Assembly: GCF_006345805.1 (NCBI RefSeq)
Contig: NW_021828187.1
Coordinates: 1-8,984 of the forward strand
Length of the DNA: 8,984 nt
Direction of reading: 5' to 3'
Source of the DNA: Octopus sinensis
Taxonomy: Eukaryota
Position numbers and translations under genes: made by a program. Below, piece after piece: positions 5,881-8,984 of this stretch (within the stretch, counting starts at the first letter, position 1; every line of letters begins with the position of its first letter). The notes under the pieces were generated by a model. It saw nothing but the letters and a program-made list of their open reading frames with translations, ran no database searches and was not told the origin of the DNA.

Positions 5881-6018
5881 CATGTATGTGTGTATGTATA
5901 TGTATATGAATATATATATATATATATTTACTTAATACATATATATGTATATAAGCATATATATATATAATATATATATTTATGTATATACTTCATATAT
6001 TAATATATATATATATTA

Positions 6019-6060
<42 letters not shown>

Positions 6061-6075
6061 TGTATATTTATATAT
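5805..6075. repeat. (TA)n microsatellite block including perfect (TA)32 at 5813-5876
   Basis: Directly visible. Confidence 0.95.
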
Positions 6076-6554
6076 GCACTTAGTTTCCCTCAATGTTTGA
6101 AATTCAGCTCTGTTCCGGAACTAGCAAAACCAACACCGAAAGATGTTATTAAAAATGGACAAAGTTACCACCAACCTATAACCTAATTATATATATATCA
6201 TGCAACTAAAGAGACTACAGCATAAAAGGTCAGATACATGCTTGCTGAAATATGGAAGAAGCATATTTCATACGAAAGCAAAATATCTTCAGTCAAACAC
6301 AAACCGTACGAAAATAAAAAAAAATTATATTGCAATATAATAATTTACAGAAGAAGAAATATCTCTTTAAAAATTTAGTCTAATAAGAATGGCAGTAGAA
6401 TTCATTGCTGATATACATCAGAAGATACGAAACATGTACGCGCTGTTATCTCTTACTGCTCGTGGATAATTTTCATATCACCAGCACAAATGAGTAAGCA
6501 AAGGTACGCGTGGGGATATCACTGGCGCCAGAATATTAGACGGTGTTTGTTTAT

Positions 6555-6753
6555 CGCTTTCTCTGTCTGTTAAAATTTCTACCTCTCATCTCTTTCGCTT
6601 TCTCTCTTTCTGTCTCTCGCTCATTCTTTCTGTCTCTTCTTGATCTTTCTCCCGCTCGTGTGCTTGTGTGTTTTTATGTGTGTGCGTGTGTGTGTGTGTA
6701 TGTGTGTGTGTGTGTGTTTGTATGAAAACAGATATGTGCAAATATTTGTACGC

Positions 6754-6794
<41 letters not shown>

Positions 6795-6936
6795 GTTGTA
6801 ATACGATTATACTTACATATTACACCTGTAATATATATATATATATATATATATGCATATGTATATTATGTATACATATACATATACATGTATACATATG
6901 CATTATATAATGCATATATATCATATATATATATGT

Positions 6937-6968
<32 letters not shown>

Positions 6969-7125
6969 ATAAACATATGTATATATATAATAATATATAT
7001 ATAGATATATATTATAATATACACGCATATAATAATACATAAATATTTTATACATATCTTATACATCTATATACGTAACTTATAATTATATAACAAATAC
7101 GTAATATATGTTATATATGTTATAT
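6555..7125. repeat. Compound microsatellite: CT-rich (6555-6657), then TG and TA tracts
   Basis: Directly visible: (TG)n at about 6660-6720, 6772-6793 and 6937-6955, with TA tracts between and after. Confidence 0.9.
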
Positions 7126-7224
7126 AGGTATGCATGCGTTCTGTGCGTGTACAGGTATGCATGAATATATTATATATGACATCATACACACATACACCTC
7201 TATCGTGTGTGGTGTATGCTCCTA

Positions 7225-7240
7225 TATACTATATACATAC

Positions 7241-7282
<42 letters not shown>
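7225..7282. repeat. (TA)n microsatellite
   Basis: Directly visible. Confidence 0.9.
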
Positions 7283-7283
<1 letters not shown>

Positions 7284-7802
7284 TAGTGGAGTCACACAAG
7301 TTGCACACGCTATCTGGCATAAGATTCAGCCATTCAATTTCTCTATGAAACCGTAGAAAAATACCAAAGTGTTAGTATTTTGAACGGATGCGTCTATGTG
7401 TACGATTGCCTTTACATCTATGCCGTAAGCATGGAAAAGGACATTGACACGCAGACATACAAATATACGTTTGGATATAAGTCACGCGATGGAAATTTTC
7501 AGAGAAAATTATCTGACGGTTTATCTGAGAAAATAATTTTCTCGGATTATCTCTCTTCAACGTATTTCTTCACATAAAAGTAATATTCAAACGATTTTCA
7601 AGGAATGCAAGAATCTTGTGAATGCTGGAATAATGGAATTCATTGGTTTCTAATTGACATTTGGAATTATATGGTAATGGAATCGCATACGTTTGATGAA
7701 GTTTCTCTTTTGAATGAAGGTAAGATGAAACGAAATTGAATGACCATACATAAGTACCAAAATAGAACCGTAACCATTCACAAGATTTAGATAACTACAC
7801 AT

Positions 7803-8015
7803 AAATATATATATAATATATATATATATATTATATATATATAATAATAGAATATATATATATAATATATATATATATATATTATATACATACATATATA
7901 TATACATACATATGTATATATATACGTATGTATTATGCATATATATCTATGTATATACATCCATGCACACACATACATCTTTATCACTTCATATATATAT
8001 ATATATATATATATA
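7803..8015. repeat. Interrupted TA/TACA microsatellite
   Basis: Directly visible. Confidence 0.9.
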
Positions 8016-8690
8016 ATACGTACCTTTGTATATGACGAAATGGCCAAAGTGCGTCTGACCTCATCATGGAACTCATCATTTATCAACGATAACCGGTTGC
8101 TCACTTTCGTAAGCAATGGAAAAGCAGTATATATCACAGCTGTTTGTAAGACACACAATCTTGGATATAACCAAAAGATTTTGCCATAACCAGCATAACA
8201 GTACACGCGTTAGGAGAGCATTTAATAAAGTCACAGAACTATTCGTTTTCAAGTGAAAAACAGGTATGTCATAAACTTAAAGATGTGTACTAGGCCTCAC
8301 ATATTTTACCAGTAATATGTAATTCATTCAGCAAAGTTTTAAAAGGTCCTTTACTGCAGACAAATACCCATAGGTTTATCTCTCATTTACGCTTTTTCTT
8401 GAATGAGTAGAGCGTATCAACACATTTTTTGTTTCTCTAAATCTAGAGGCAGATCAATTTAGTTATATCCGAGTTTATGCATATGTATATTACGTGTAGC
8501 TTCGCGCTGTTATTGTCACTGATTTCAGGAAAAATACTGACGAAGTGATAAGAATTCACGAAACTAGTTGAACCGATCTTCGTTCTTCGATCCTGGGCAA
8601 AAGGCATGAATTTTAATCACAGTGTCTATTTTTCAGAGTCGTTCTAAATACTTGTCTTTCCTGGAAAGACACAGACAAATCAGTTAAGAT

Positions 8691-8752
8691 TACACACACA
8701 CATACACACTCACATTCACTTACATGCGTGTGTGTATATATATATATATATA

Positions 8753-8808
<56 letters not shown>

Positions 8809-8848
8809 TGTGTGTGTGTGTGTATGTGTGTTTGTATGTATATATATA
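8691..8848. repeat. Compound (CA)n-(TA)n-(TG)n microsatellite
   Basis: CA-rich at 8691-8722, TA at about 8736-8752, and a long (TG)n at 8759-8832 with TA interruptions. Confidence 0.92.
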
Positions 8849-8984
8849 AACAACTTATAAACAAGGGTAAAAGAAAAAAATTGTAATGCCAAATATGCCG
8901 AAATAGACTTAATCGTCAATAACCATATAATTTGTCACTATAATCACGTGTTTCGTTTGTTCGCTGGTTTGCTGCAGCATGGCG

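Larger units (their letters stand above)
653..8984 (+). other. Large intron of the GPCR gene (3' end not in window)
   Basis: I found no downstream segment encoding the expected ECL1 WxFG, TM3 Cys or DRY-like motifs, either in the ORF track or after the acceptor-like AGs I inspected. The region is dominated by repeats and transposon relics. Confidence 0.78.

Noticed and set aside
6112-6279. 10-bp palindrome gttccggaac (6112-6121) and 9-bp stem tgaaatatg/catatttca (6246-6270)
   Set aside because: Both are short and isolated with no supporting context, consistent with chance.
7502-7543. 11-bp inverted repeat gagaaaattat/ataattttctc with a 20-nt spacer
   Set aside because: The arms are very AT-rich and there is no flanking extension or TSD. 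Too weak to call.
2849-8919. Many 60-140 aa ORFs rich in Ile/Tyr, Cys/Val or His/Thr (e.g. 2849-3118, 5652-5970, 6543-7066, 7650-8206, 8613-8919)
   Set aside because: They are translations of TA, TG and CA repeats, which lack stop codons. None has a recognisable domain.

Overview
Eukaryotic, AT-rich, microsatellite-dense genomic DNA. The repeat content looks like octopus or another coleoid cephalopod; this is an inference from recalled repeat families, not a database result. The only real gene feature is the first coding exon (356-652, + strand, 99 codons, phase-0 GT donor at 653) of a class A (rhodopsin-like) GPCR of probable neuropeptide-receptor type, covering the N-terminus, TM1, ICL1 and TM2. 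I found no exon encoding ECL1/TM3 onward, so 653-8984 appears to be one intron of more than 8.3 kb. The intron contains: (i) a compound tRNA-derived SINE locus (1845-2443) with an old head, a young head, two tandem 184/180-bp bodies and an older diverged body; (ii) a 3'-truncated mariner transposon relic on the minus strand (about 4787-5466) with one terminal inverted repeat; (iii) an adjacent, nearly gapless ~260-bp foldback palindrome (5508-5764); (iv) a 29-bp minisatellite whose units resemble 3' splice sites; and (v) many TA, TG, CT, CA and GA tracts. Most ORFs in the supplied track are microsatellite artefacts. I see no firm evidence of a new biological system. The best leads are the tandem/nested SINE architecture, the foldback palindrome, and possible intronic processing signals that could truncate the GPCR.
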